A stretch of 64,000 nt of DNA from Lama glama (GCA_028534125.1 CM052818.1:41852001-41916000), one strand, 5' to 3'; positions 12,313 to 26,945 are shown, numbered from the stretch's first letter. Notes: generated from the letters alone by a model not told the origin. Made by a program: numbers and translations.

Positions 12313-15300
12313 GACACCATGTGATAAGAGGCAGGCTGAGGTCTACCCATGTGCCTGGGACGATACCTGACCCAGGACGGGGAGACCTCAGCCCTGGAGA
12401 GCCCGTGGGGAGTTAGCTCCTGAGCTGAGCTGAGCTGAGACCACTTTAGGTCATGGGAATGGCATAAGCCTGAGCAGGCCCGCAGGAAGAAGAATCTCCA
12501 CGAGCCAGGCTGTGGGGAAGCACAGGCCAGGGCTCGGAGCCCCACGACCAGGCCAAGAAGAGGGAGGTTAAGCTATGGGCAATGGAGAGGCAGACAGGGT
12601 TCTAAGCCGGGGAGCAACATGGTCAGATGAATATGGAGCATTTGAAATGCTTTGAGCAAGAGGTCTTCTGGCCAATTTTTAAAAATAAACCAACTGGCAA
12701 ATGCAGAAGGTGTCTGTCGTCAAATCTTAGCATGGTGGATCTAGAAAGGTCTTCAAACTTGAACCAACATAACTCCTAAATTTTAAAGGTGAGGAAACTG
12801 AGGCAAGGGGAATAGGGTCCTCCTTGGACTCGCCTGCCATGTGTCTCCCATTCCCGATAGTCAGCTTTTCCTCATAAGCAAGGTTGACATGTCTTCTGTT
12901 GCCGTCAGTTCCGTCTGCTCCCCTCCCTCCTCCAGCCTGGACCCCGGGGCCAGGAGGTTGGTTCCCCGCCCACAGCACTTCCACTGTCTTGCAGAACCAC
13001 CTGTCACGTGGCAGGGGTGGTGCCGCAGCAGACGAACAATCAGCAGATTGTTGGTTACAGTTGTGCACAGACAACTGTATCAGTGTCCCTCATGCCATAT
13101 GGCTGGGGAAGCCAGCAGCTCTGAGCCCGGCCTGGGAGAGGCTCCACTTCACCTGTTCCCTCCTTTTCAGGACTGGCTGTGCCCTGACCCAGGCTGTGGC
13201 TGGAATCCTCCTGGAGCAGCCTCTTCTAAAACTATTGTCACTCTAACCATTCAGGCTGCCACTAAGTAGTCCTGCAAGGGATCTGGGCTTCAAGTCTGAA
13301 GTTGGAATGATGATCTCCATTTAAGATGGAAAAGAACTGAGACCCGGGCTGAGCTGGATCACATAGTGGGTTGATGTCAGTGCCAAGATGAAAACACAGA
13401 TCAGGCTAATTCCATGGCTGAGGCTAAGCCTGGGTCTCTGTCTCCAGATCTTTAGGGACTCCAGGTCCTGGCTTCATTCCAAAGCACTATTCACTGTCAT
13501 GTTCTACTAAGCTGTGCTGAACACTCACTCCACCCCAAACCTGACAGAGGCCACAGGAGAATGAGCAAGACACAAGCTCCACCCTCCCAGCGCTCACAGT
13601 TTAATAAAAATAACAACAGTTAACCAGACACCGAGTGAATACCATGGATCAGATTTTATTCTAATTTCCATAGCAACCTTGGGGCGTCATTTTTGTGGTC
13701 CTCATTTTATAAATGAGGAAACTGAGGCACAGAAATGTTAGAGTAAGTGGTTCGTGGTCACATAGCTTTTAAGTTAAAAAGCCAGAATTCAAAACTCTGG
13801 CCACTTCCTCCCCGAACAAAATGAGAAGAAAGTAGAAGGGAAAAAACACGTACGTAAACCCCATGAAGGCCTGGTGGGTGGGGCGAGGCGAGCAAGGGCA
13901 TCTGAGCTGGAGCCAAGGCTTCAATAGACAAATGTGGCATCCAAGTCAGGGCAAGTGACAAGATGCAGAAGAGGGCGGGATGTGCGGAGGGCGGGAAGAC
14001 TCAGGGGGACAGCAGCAGAGCCGGGGGAGGCGCCGCGAACACTTGCTTCACATCCACGTGCCAGGCCCGTGCTTACATTATCTAATTTCATCCTCTCAAC
14101 AGCAACCTCCTAAGATTACCTTCCCCTCTTCATTTCTCAGATGAGGAATTGAGGCTCATAGAGGTTAAGTAACTCACCCAGACCACCCAAAGCCAACCCA
14201 TGCGCCCCTTCTAACATCTCCTGCCTCCCAAGATGTTGTGTTGTAAGAAAAAAATCAGTCCCTTGGACCAGAAGCCTTCAAGATCATGCACTTAGTCTTA
14301 AGTGGCTTTGAATCCTCTGGGGCCTGGGCCCACGGGAGGCCCTCAACACCAGGCACTGACTTTTGTACAGATTCCACCCTGGCCTGGTCCTTTTGTCCAC
14401 AAAGCATCTGTTTATCAGGTGGAAACTGAGAGGACAGGGTTAGCTGGTCTTCTCCCACCAGCATGCTCAGCAGGGGTGACAAGTCTCTATCTGTAAGTGA
14501 TGGGCATGGTCCCAGCGGGCTGGGAGTCCCGAGACTCGAGCTCCCGCCCTGGCTCTGCACACACGGTCCCGGGGGCGTGGGGTAGAGAGCCATCTCACCA
14601 CTGTGATTCAGGTTTTCCATCTGGAAATTGGCTTCTTCTTTTTTTTATATATATTAAGAAAATGACACCTATATGTTGATAGGGCTTAAAGTGACGAAAT
14701 CTTCAGTCCTGAGAAGAGACGTAGAGGAACAGCATGAGGCCCCCACGTGAGGCTGCAGAAGGAAGCCACTGGCCAGCTTGCCCAGGGGTATATACAAAGC
14801 AGAGCATGTCTACAGCTCAGAGCGAAGAGCGCAGGACGTTTGCCTCCCACCTGGTGTCCCCTTCGCACAGCCGATCCTATTCTTCTGGCCCGCGCCAGCC
14901 CTGTCCCACTCAGCCTCTTCCCTCCCTGTCCCTCTGGCTGGGTGCATCCACAGAAAACCATCTGCCTCATCACAACGCAGTGACACCCACCCAAGCCCCA
15001 GCTCTCTTTTCCCAAGGCACTGGCGCTCTGAGCCTCATCTCTGACGAGGGAAGCAGGGCCTTTGTCTTCAGTGGAAGATGCCAGATCTCTTCCGTTGTCA
15101 GAAGCCCTTGTCCAGCCTTGTCCAGCAGAGGTGAGACAGTGCCCTACACTTGGCGTCAGAGCCCTGGGTCCAGTCCCAGCCTCTGGCTCGCCCCGTTGTT
15201 CTCTGAGCTTTGTTTCCTCATTTATAAATCAAGGCTTGGATGATTTCTAAGTCCCTTTCCAGTTCACAAACTCCTGTTGCTACTAGCATGAAGCTAGGAG

Positions 15301-18300
15301 AAACTGCTGGAATTGGTTGTTAGTGTAAGAAGCTTTGAAGAATGTGGCTCGACCGGTATCGTGGGTGCGTTCAGACCCACCCAAGCCTCCAAAAGAGGAA
15401 CCGTCCTTGGTGAACTTTCCTCGAAGGATTCCTACCTACTCAAGACTTCCTGGGCACAAGAATCGAGCCCACAGAGATCTCCCTACCCAAGCCCAGAGCC
15501 ACTTCACTAAATATATTCTCTTCACAATTTCAAGTTCAAATACACACCTGATTAGAAGGGAAGACAATGATTCTTTGCATAAAAACTTTTTTTTTGCAGT
15601 TAAAAAAAAAAAGTCTATTTTCTTCCTTTTGTGTTTCAGAGAAAAGTCCTTGCAAGGCGCAAGAAAGATTTCCTTTTCCCCCGAAAGATTTCAAGGTTAG
15701 CTAAACAGTGTTCTCCCATAAATAAGCATGAAAGCTGCATCCCCTGGGCTGATTTCTTTCAGTTGCACACTGACTACAACAACACCTAATTCTACACAGG
15801 ATGCCAGCTCTCTCTGAATAATAACAGCTAAAATATGTAATACCAGTGCTTTAAAAAGCACGCGCGCGCGCACACACACACATACACACACGCAGAGAGC
15901 TGGGTAAGTTTAGCCCCACACTGTTACAGTATTTTGAAACGATTTTCAACATTTCTTGATCTCACACATCTTTGTTTAAGTTATCAGTGACTGTCAAGCT
16001 GTATTATCCTGTTGATCCTTTTGGTTTGTGTATTAGAAGGCAAATTATTTGTTTTAATTTGATCTTCTTTTCTATTGAAAACGTTCCAGTCATGCCTCTA
16101 GCATTTCAGTCACAACAGGGTGAGCTGTGAGTCCCGGAGGAGGAGAGATGCTAGCGCTTTTACGTGTAGGAGGGATCTTAGAATCGAGACCTGCTCACGG
16201 GAGGAAACTGAGGCCCAGAGAGGTGAATGGCTTGTCTGAGGCTACCAGCCACAGGGTGACAAAGACAGACTAGGAAACCCTGGTAGCCTGTCTTCCAGGC
16301 AGTGCTGTTGCTTCCACAAAAGCCTTCTCAGATTTTTACGGAGCCGTTTGTCCCAGTCCTTCACAAGCCTTTTTTTCTTCAGTGGATGTTTGGAGCATCT
16401 TTCAAATCGTCTTCACCTCCTATTTCCAAACCGCAAGAGCTGTGTTTCACTGAGGACACCAGTGTCGAACGCCAAAGGCTCCCTGCTCAGACACTTGCTT
16501 CGCCCAGCGGTGGGGCTGGAAATGGTCCTCCACGTGAGAGGGAACCAAAAACCGCAGCCTCTCAGTTAGGGATGTCTGGTATACCACGCATTCCGCTTGG
16601 CAGTGTCTTCCACACCCGAGAGGCAAGTGGGTCAGTACTTCTGGCAAGACACTGAACGGACTCGATTTAGTTGTCGCTCCTTATAAGACACCCTCCCAAA
16701 CTACCTGTCCTCCCCCGACCCTGGTAAAGTACCCGCCTCCGTGTACACAACCTCCACCACGACGCCCTTTTGTGAAAGGTACCACAAGGGAGCAAGGTGG
16801 AAAACAGGGGTCTGGGTACAAAAAATAGTGATAGGAAGCTGCGGGCCCAGCAGGCACACCAACTGGAGCTCGGTTTGGCTGGAGCATAGACTGTGGGCAG
16901 GCGTGGTGAGGCGGGACGTGGGAGAAGCGGGCGGAGTATGAGAAGCCTTGTGAACCACGTCAGGTTTGGATGGTATCCCAGGAGCAATGGGGAGCTTTGA
17001 AGGATTTTAAGTAACAGGGGGCATAATTAGATTTGGGTCTTTAAAAAAATTTTTTTAAGTTGCTAAAGTAATGTATTTGTGTGCGTGTGTGTGTGTGTTG
17101 TAACAAGTGAAATGACAGAAAGACAAATTAAGAAAAAGCCAATCTTTTGTCTCCACCCCTCCCTCCACCTCTCCCAACCCCAGATAACTGCTCTCATGGT
17201 CTGGTATACTTCTTTTCATGACTCCCCCTTTTACTTCAACATTTACGTACACACACATATATGGGCATCGGTTGACATTTTCAGTTGAAAAAGAATCATG
17301 CTGGGTGTATTACTCAGCAACTAGGTTTACCTAACTGTGTATCAGTGGCATTCCACAGCAATACACACAGACCTGAATCTCTCTCTCTCTCTCGCTCGCT
17401 CGCTCTTTCTTTCTTTGGACATAGATACACTTACATATATAATTTCACATAAATACGGATCATAGCAGATATGCAGAGTTGCTATTATTTTTAATGTTTT
17501 CTTCTTTCTTTTCTTTTTTTTTTGTTTTTGAACAACTTGCACTTTAGAATTTACCCTCTGGCAATAACATAAGAAACAAACTAGAGGCAGGCAAAAACGG
17601 AGACTTGGAGAAAGGAGACTGCTATGGAGTCCAGGGGAAAGAGGAGCTGGCCTGACAAAGGAGCTGGCCGTGGGGTAGCGTTACTTGGGGCACCCTCGCT
17701 GAGTGGTGGGCTGGTTCTGGAGATCCCAGTGTAAAGGAGGCTCCCAGCAATCTTGTGAGGCAGGATGATGCAGGAAAATGAGGTGAGTTTTTCAGTGGAG
17801 TAGAACTGGGTTCGGATCCAAAGCTGGGTTATTCTGGGCGAGTCACTTACACTAGCCGAGTCTCACTTTCCTTTCTCCAAAACTGGGGTGATCATTTCTG
17901 CTGCGTAGGATCTGTGTGAGGATTAAATAAAAGGATGTGTGTGGAAGGCACGTAACCCAGGCCTAGTGTGTGGTATACATGAGCAAATGGTGAACACGAA
18001 GCACTACTGCTCAGCCCAAAGAGGCCAGCTCCTCACCACCTGGACCCCTCCTCCATCTCCCACACCCCGGCCAGTGATGCTCATAGTAGGTCCCCATGTG
18101 TGTCTCCCAACAGAACAGGGCTGAGCCCAAGCCCGTGTCAGGGACCATCTCAACAGGAACCTGGAAATCTCCCAAAGAAAATGTCCCTGTTTCTTTGCTG
18201 AAGCCTTTCCTCAGAACACAGGCAACCTCTAATTCCACAGCTGAGCTAGATCTGGGGTACAGACTCCCGAGAGAGAGGCTGCAGCCCCTTTCATTCTTTG

Positions 18301-18904
18301 CCCGCAGCATGCAACCACTAGGGCTCAGATCTCTTCCTAGCTGGGAGTGGGGGTGGAATATGCATCTTAAGAGCCTGGAGGAAAAAGTCAGAGTTCAGCA
18401 CAGACGGAGGGCAGGGGGCAGAATTCAGCCAGGAAACAGGTTGAACTGCAGACAAAGAAGTCTCGGCCAGGCTGGGCCCTCACGGCCTCTATCCGGATTC
18501 CTAGAATTTGCCCCAGGACAGGTATGTAATAGCTGCTTATTGAGTGACTAGGGGAGCAGAAGTGAGTTGACTCATAACTGAGAGATGCACTCACCAGGCA
18601 TTCCTAAGGAAATAATGGTGAGAGACCAGGCAGTGTGGCCGGCCCACTGAGGGGAGGCAGCTTTAGTCAGAGGGCAGCTCTCAGAAAAGCACATAGACAA
18701 GGAGCTGTGCTCTGAGAGGTGCGAGGAATCCAGGCTGGTGGAGGAGCCTGGGGGTGGCAGGGAGAGGGGCAGCTCAGGGCTTTCTGGCCCTTGGCTCTGA
18801 TGTTTCAGATCCACTTTTGGTAACTTGTCAGTCAGGGGACTCACCTGGGCTGGGTGCTGAGGGGAAGATCAGAGGAGAAATTTCCTTTCCTCTCCAAAGG
18901 CCGC

Positions 18905-19050
18905 ATACACACACACACACACACACACGCTCTCTCACACACACACACTCACACACACACACACGCTCTCTCACACACACACACTCACACACACACACAC
19001 GCTCTCTCACACACACACACTCACACACACACACACACTCACGGCACACA
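18905..19050. repeat. (CA)n microsatellite with a 36-bp higher-order period
   Basis: The interruption GCTCTCTC recurs at 18929, 18965 and 19001. Confidence 0.95.
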
Positions 19051-22000
19051 GAATCTGGGCCTCCCTGGAGGACCTGCAGGGGAGGGCAAGAGGGAGACAG
19101 AGAGACAAGAGAAGGTGAGGAAGGGGTCAGGAAAGGGCTCACAGCTTCAGGGAACTCGGGCCACGGCCGAGCCCAGTCCTGAGAAGGGCCGAACAGCACA
19201 GCGTGGTGCCAGGGCCTGGCCTGGGTGGAAGGCCTTCCTCACGCTGCTTTGATTTGCTCTGTGATTTCCACAAGTCTTCCCACTGCCCTCACCTCCCCCG
19301 ACGCCTGCCCTCATCTTCTCCATCAGCACCACAGGACCATCAGTCTAAGGCATCTCCGAGGTCACTTCCAGCTCTGTAATTCTTTATGTCCTTGACTGCT
19401 TCGGTCGTCAATGGCTCCATGGGCCAAAGGCAGCGACAAGGCCTCCAAGAGCAGAGTGGTCAGGGAAGCCTTCTGGAAAACTTGGGATTGGGTGGCCACC
19501 ACGGCCAGGGATGTCCAGGAGGTCTGGGGAAGGCCAGGTAGGATGGGCAAGAGACTTCGGAGAGGGCCTGGCTGGGGCCTCTTCACCACCAGGGCCTGGG
19601 GCTGGGGCTGGGCCTGGAAGCCAGGAGCCCCTTGCCCGGGCGCTGGCAGGCCAGGGCAGCAGCCGGCCAGGGAGAGTTTTCCCTGGGCTGCAGACAGTCT
19701 GGCTCCGGGCCCACCTCCCGGTGCCCTCGGCCTGACATCTTCTGGGCAGAGCCGCGGTGCCCAGGGAGCCGTGTGGATGGTGTTAGTAAACACGCTTTCT
19801 TGCGCCCAGCCTGGCAGGGCCTGTGGGCAGCGGGAGGGCGAAGAGCTGGCAGCTCCCACGGCTGGGCAGGCGGACGGGCGGGCAGACAGGCAGGCGGGCT
19901 GCCCCGCTCAGCCAAGCCAAGGCCCAGAATGGAGCAGCTGCTCCCGTCGCCATGGAGACGGAGACTGAACAATGAGCAGGCAGAAATGCAGCATGGCCGC
20001 CTCGCACGGGGCCCCCGCTCCCACCCGGCCTTACACCGACACGCACACAGGCACACACATGCACACGCACTCACACATGCAGCCCTACACTGACACACAC
20101 AAGCACACATGTGCATACGCACTCACAATCGCGGCCTGGGCCTCCCTGCTGAAGAGGTAGAAAGTGAGGACAGGAGGGAGGAAGTCGAGGAGGGACTGAT
20201 GGCAAAGGAAGGAGAGGGTGAGGAGGGCAGGCGAAGAGGACCACTGCTCGTGGCTGAAAAGTTGAACAAAAATCTTACCCTTTGACTCCAGCTAAAGATA
20301 TATTTTTAAAACACAGCCAGTTCTTCAGAGGGTCACATGGTGCCCTGGATTCTTGTGTAACAGAAGTAAAAGGGGTTTCTATTTAGCCCAAGGCATCTGG
20401 ACCCACATCACCTTAGATGCAGAAGTGGGTAGAGAAGAGAGCCTGATGCAGCTGTAAGTCCCAGGAAATTAGAAGAATGCTTTCTTAAATGGAGCTAAAT
20501 CCCAGGTAATTTCTCCTTGGAGATAATGTGAAGGGGAGGCCGAAAGGTCTGGCCATAGTCTGGCAATGGGGAACCTGCAAGTCCTGGTCTCAGCCGTCAG
20601 GAAGGCAGAGAGAAGCTGCCCAGAGGCCTGAGGGGTGTGAGATGGGAGGGTGTGGGGGCCGGAGCAGCAGGAGAGCTGTGTTGGCTCTGGCTGCGGTGCT
20701 CACTGGGTGTTCCTGGGCACCTCCTTTGTGCACATGGACGAAGAAGAGTGAACTAGTCAACCCCTGTCTTCCAAGAGTGACCAGGACCCCCGGGGAAGAT
20801 GGTGGGGTCCACAACAAGAGCACGCTTCCCTGTGTACACGCCCTCCCCACTCGCCAGCTGGCTACCTTTCCTCCTTCAGCCCCTGTCTCGTTTCTACAAT
20901 GAAAACCCAGGTCTGAGAGCATCTGAGCCTTCCTGGCCCTTCTGTCCAAAGACTGACTCCACCTCTCAGGAGGTTGCTTGATTCTGGTGGCTTTGCCTGA
21001 CTCTGAGCAGGTTGGGCACCTTAAAAAAAAAGAAAAAAAAATAAGACAGGACCACTGGCTCAGTGGTATGATCAAGTGTGAGGGCTGAAAGGGACATTTT
21101 AGAGAGTATGGTGCCCACTATCCCGCCCAGGTCAGAAGGGATGCCCTTTAAAGATCACAGCGAGTGAATGTTAGAGCTGAAAGGGGAAACTTGCCACGTC
21201 TGACATCCCAGCAGCGCAGGCAGGGCAGCGGTGGGTTGGGGGACGGGGAACAAGAGAAAGGGGACAAGGCGGTGACCTCTTCTCTGAGGATAGAGTTTAA
21301 AAAGGGATATGGATTGAGGAGGCACGAGAAACAGAACACCTTGGGAAGGGGGAAGGGAGCTTGGAAAGCAAAGGGAAGCCTGGGTGGGGAGAAGTGCCTC
21401 CCAGTCGTAAATCTCGTCAGTGCAGTCGGGTTCTAGCAGGTTCCAGCAACTGCATGAAAGCACAGCTGAGAAGTCCTGAAGGAGCCACCCTCGGCTTCCG
21501 GCATCTGAAACTATAGGCACCATCAAAGATAAAACAAGACGTAGCATAACAGTCAAAGGAGGGGATGAGCTCTAGGACCAAGCCAGATCCCCTCCCAGCT
21601 CCCACTGCCCTCGCCTCTCGCAGGAAGGTTCTGGGAGCTCTAGGAAGCCCTCTGCACTGGCTCAGAAGTGGCGGAGGGGGAACTCAAACCACGAAAGGAA
21701 GGATCAGAGAGAGATTCTCTCCCCCTCAAGAGCCACTTTAATAGATGAAAAAAGCCAGGCGATTTTTAATCATCACAAATTGTTTGAGCCTCTGATTCCA
21801 TCCTTTGAAACCGGGCAGCCTCCCCAGGTCGCTCACTGGTGCTCCCAGGTCAGCGGTGGTCCAAGCTCTCCCTGCTGGCCAGGAGCCCACCTCCACGTTC
21901 CTCTCTGCTTCCGGGGACCCTTAGCCTGTCCTCCTGGTCCAGGTCCCACAGAGGCCAGGCTGGCGACCCCGCTTATCTAAGGAGATCTGACAACACTCCG

Positions 22001-25000
22001 GCCCTCAGGGGTATGGCCGCTGGCAGAACATATGGTGCATCGTAAATAGGACTTCCTTTTAGGAAATGAGCCGCTGTAATTAAATCCTCATTCATGTTTT
22101 GTAACATGCACACAGAGACAAATAGATCTTTATCCTTTGTAGGCACAGAAGAGAAGTGGCTTGTGGGGAACAGAGATTCTCTGGTGTCAACCCTTCTGAA
22201 AGGCTTCCTCAAACCAGGTGGAGGGAGAGCGTGGAATTCTTAAACCCAGCCACTGGCCCAGGCGGGTGAGTGCCTCTCTTGGCTGCCTCCGGGACAAGTG
22301 AGGGAGCGCTTTGGAGTGGAGGAAGATACTTGCCTCGGATTTGGGCGAAGGAAGTGATCTCTCTCCCCATCCTGCAGTCAGTCGTACGTCAGAGTAAACT
22401 GGGGAACAAAGACTAAATTAGATTTATTTCAATTGGGTTTAATTTGATTCCGTTCCACCCAAATGAGCACCGGCTGTGAGCTGTGCACGGGGCGAGGCCC
22501 CAGGGAGGGCCCCAGAGAGGAAAAACCACGGAGCCCTGAGGGATCCCGCGGCATCCAGGTCCAGGTCCAGGTCCAGGTCCACAAGGAGGGGCAGCTGTTT
22601 GCTCTGAGGAGTCTGGGGAGGGAGGATTTCCATCACAGAGACCAGGGCGAGCGTGCTTCCCGGGCAGAAGGATGGGTGTGCAGACAGGAAACAACGTGCT
22701 GAGATCTGTCCAGTGTTAGAGTTACAACATTTGTGGGGTGTAAGGCTGCAAAAAGGAAGAAACTGGACGTCCCTCCTGTTTTTGGCAACTGACGGGACTC
22801 GATGTTCAATTTCCTCAGAAATGTAATTTTATTTCACAAGGTCATCACACATCCGTCATCTTGCACACAGTAGGGTAAGAACAAAACAAAATAAACCAAA
22901 AACCTGAGCCAAACTAAAACTGTTTCTCAAACTGAGTGGTGGGCGGAAGGCACAGAGCTCAGCTGTGCAGACTTCCCGGGGGTCAGCCTTGAGTCATTAG
23001 CAAACCCTCAAAACTACAAACAACCTGGGTTCCTCCCTGGAGTTACAGCTTTGAAATCGGTGGAAAACCACAACGCAGCTTTGAGAGGCAAGCATTGTGC
23101 GGTGGGCTGAGCTCTGCGCGGTTCTTACAGGTATCTCCACAAGCTGCGCCTGGCCTGGCCACACCCCGGCTTGCTGTGGGGCTTCTGGTAGACCCCAAGG
23201 AGGCTAAGTCACAAAAACCAAAGCAGTAATACAAGGTAGAAAGTGCTGTGGGCCATTTGAAAATGACATATGAAGTGCCAACATCTTTAAATCCCAGAAG
23301 GAGGAGAGGCTGCGTCCCTTAGGGCTCAAGACCCCTGGTTTGCCTTGTTGGAATCCTGACTCCAAAGCATAATAAATAGCTGTGTGACTTTTAGCCAAGT
23401 ACCTAACCTCTCTGTGCTCTGGTTCCTGCTCTGTGAAATAGGAGTTATAACAGTGCAGTCCCCTCCTAGGGCTGTTGTGACAATCACTTGAATCAGTATT
23501 TACAAAACACCTTAGACAATGCAGGATATGTAATTAGTACCTTAAATGTTATTATTGTTATTGAATGAATGGTTTCAGTAGATATATAGGGGCTGCGAGG
23601 TAGGGGTATAAAGAAGCCATTCTAGATGAAGAAAATTCTGTTAATTCCAGACAGATTTCCAAAGTAAAAATAAACTTGCCTTGTCGTCCTTGTTCAAAGA
23701 TGAAACAGACCATCTCAGGAAGGCGCATCCATGTTTTGCCTGACAGGGACACCACAGAAGGGTGCCAAGCACGCTGGCACTTGGACTGAATGACCTCTGA
23801 GGTTCCTTCTAGCCCTGAAATTCTGCGATGTTCGTTCTGTCACACGCAAAGGGGAGTCTTCTCCCAGCGTTCCCTGAGCTGCGAACAGAGAAGCGAGGGC
23901 TCAGAGGCTGAGACGCTCCCTGACACGTCCTGCCGGAGGGGACCTCCAGGGCGTCCCGTAACCCTCCCGGGATAACACTGCGCACCACTCAGAGGCTCTG
24001 CACCTTGAATGCGGCCCGACTCTTTAATAAAGAAGGGGTCAACGATAGTTAGGGAGCTTTCGTTTTCTCTCTCTCAACATCATCTTTTCATGTACCTTCA
24101 CTTAGAGATTAGGAAACTGAGGCCCAGGACCTTGCCCAACATCACATACAGCTACTCACTGGCTGAGCCATATGCAAGCCCGGTTCCCATCCTCCCTGAT
24201 CTCAGTCACCTCCCACCTCCATAAGCTGCTCCACAGTTTACAAAGGGCTTTTAAGTAGATCGCTGTGATCCATCTCAGAGCAGATGTCAGTGGACCCACT
24301 TTACAGAGGAGTCAACCAAGGCACAGAGAGAGGTGAAGTGCACAGTAGAACCGGGATTCGACACTCGTCTCACGGTGCCCTGTCCATCCAGCGCCCTCTC
24401 TTACAGCTCACCTCCAGCCACATCCTCACCCTCACTGCTCTTTCCATTGGCCGAGCTCTCAGTTCCAGGGTGTCTACCTAGACGGTCCTTCCACCTCCAT
24501 GACGACTTCCTCTCTAAGAAACCGCTCTGTCTATAAGCTGAATTCTTCCTTCAGGAGCACCTCCTCACACTTTCCACCATGTCCCCCTATTTCACTTTGA
24601 GCAAAAGAGCAGTTTTCACATGGATAATTACACTTTGCATTCACTTAGCACTTTCCACTCCCTACAACACTTTCCCATCTATTATCTTGTTTTATCCTAA
24701 TAAGCCCATGAGACTGACAACGTTCTCCCTGTGCACAAATGCACAAAAGAGGGCACAGAGATGGGAGCATCTGCTTCCGGGTCACCCAGCAAATGGATGG
24801 TAGGATGAGGGCAGAACCTAGTAGATTTCCAGACCAACGTGCCTTCACTCAGGTTGCAACATGCATTTCTCACCATGAGTTGTATTTTTCTCAACAGTGT
24901 GTCATGAATCACTTTAAAGGAGAAGAGCATTTTGAGTTTCAGAAATGTCAAATTAGCCAGTTGCTACAGGAGGAAAAAATGCTGGCCAGGAGTCACGAGC

Positions 25001-26499
25001 GGACTTTCTAGGCTCAGTTTTGCCGTTCACTCCGGGTGTGACCCTGGACAAGTCCTTTCCAGCCAGCCTCACTTTCCTCACTGCCAGATGGTGGGACTGG
25101 ACCACACCCACTGGAGGCCGCTTCCAGCTTCCAGAGTCTATGTTCCTAAATTCAGAACCGACTGGTAGAAAACAGGCAATTTTCCTTGACGCTCCACCTT
25201 GGAGAGACACAAAAAAGGAACAGAGGGGCACCAAGAAAGAGCACTCGGGAAGGAAGCGAAAGTCTTTCCCTAATCTTCTGGTGTTCGGTGAAACGGTCTC
25301 CACTGGAATGCCAGGTAAGTGAGTGGAACGTGAGTGTGCATTGTTCTGGTCTCTGCGTGATCCAGTAATTTAATCCCGACACCGCTGTGTGAAACGTATT
25401 CCTGTTTGCATGGGGGAGGCCCGTAGGTTTTTAATTCTTCGGTGGGAAACAAAGGCCCTCATTCACTAAACAGTAACTCAAGAGGGTCGTTTCTGCTCTT
25501 ACCAGTCAAAAAATGTTGTCTGGCCACGAGATCTCATCATCGGACTCGAGAGGCCAAAGAAAGCTCTTTTTACACTGGGTCCCTTTCATACGCGGTTAAA
25601 GCCCGTGTTTGCATTTTCCCCCTTGCTGAATAAGGTCTCAGGTTTATTTTATAGAGAAATACATCAAGCCAGAGGCTTTAATGACAAGATAATGAGCAGA
25701 GGACGACTCTATTGGCTGCAAAAGGATTTGTGTTACAGAAAACAAAGTGACTTTGCCATTTGTTTTTGGAAGAAAGACTCGGCGGCTCCCTTCAATGGTG
25801 AGCTGGGGGTGACTTCACACATCCATAGGACAAATTTCTATCTCATTTACAAAACTTCCCAGGGAACAGTCCCTTCATTCCCAGAGGAGCACACAGAAGA
25901 CATCTAATTTATGGCCCGAGAGCTGTGATACAAATTTATTCAGAGAAGACAAACATGTCATCTTCTAATGGCTCCTGAAATATTAAGATAGAATTACATT
26001 CCCAGCGCGGACCATAACACAGAAGGCTGTCTGTCTTCCTGTCTCACCCATTCATTCAAAGACCCCTATGTGGTTAGTTTGCGAAGCACCGAGGGAGGCC
26101 AGGGAGGGCGGGGCTGGACCAGCACACCCAGATCCGTCATCCTGCCGCCAGAACTTCAGCCCTGCCCTCCACCAGCTTGCAGTTTTGTTAGGAAATCAAC
26201 TGACTACATATTTGCCTGAAATACAACGAATTCTTCTTTGATAAAAACTTGAAAGGGGTCAAGACAAATTATTACAAGAATTCCAAGGAGCGAGTCATCA
26301 CAGCTGATTGGAGCTTCAAGGAATGTTTTAAAATAAATAAATAAATGATAAGTAGGTAGGCCTAGAGGGACCTGAAGCAGTGGCACAGCTCACTAGAACC
26401 TTCTGTGGTGATGGAAATGTTCTGTCTGCCCTGAACAATACAGTGCGGCTGTGGGGTATCTGAAACATGACTGAGAAACCAAATTTGATCTTTATTTTT

Positions 26500-26945
26500 T
26501 TAATGAAAATTATTTTTTGCATTTTTATTGTAGCAAAATATGTATAACATAAAATTGACCACTTTCATCGTTTTTCAGTGCACAATTCAGTGGCATTAAG
26601 TATATTCACCACTATCCATTTCCAGAAATTTTTCATCATCCACAAACAAAGCCTGGTACTCATTGAAACAATAACTTCCCATTCTCCCTGCCCCACCATC
26701 CCTGTTCTACTCCATTCTACCTCTGTCCTACTTTCTGTCTTTATATGAATTGCCTCTTCTAAGTAACTCAGATAAATGAAACTGTGCACTATTTGTCCCT
26801 TGGTGTCTGGCTTCTTTCGCTTAGCATGTTTTCAAGATTCATCCATGTCTCAGCATGTGTCAGAATTTCCTTCCTTTTTAAGGTTGAATAATATTCTATT
26901 GATGCAGGTGGCACTTGTTGTTTAGCCATTCATCTGTTGATGTTT
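26500..26945 (-). mobile_element. Old L1M 3' end, next to a MER3-like fragment (~26395-26495)
   Basis: T-rich head, CAGTGGCATTAAGTATATTCAC, and CTGGCTTCTTTCGCTTAGCATGTTTTCAAGATTCATCCATG, typical of L1MA/MB in antisense. Confidence 0.75.

Noticed and set aside
22554..22580. (TCCAGG)4 as a nuclear-receptor half-site array
   Set aside because: Short simple repeat with AGGTCC rather than AGGTCA and no other support.
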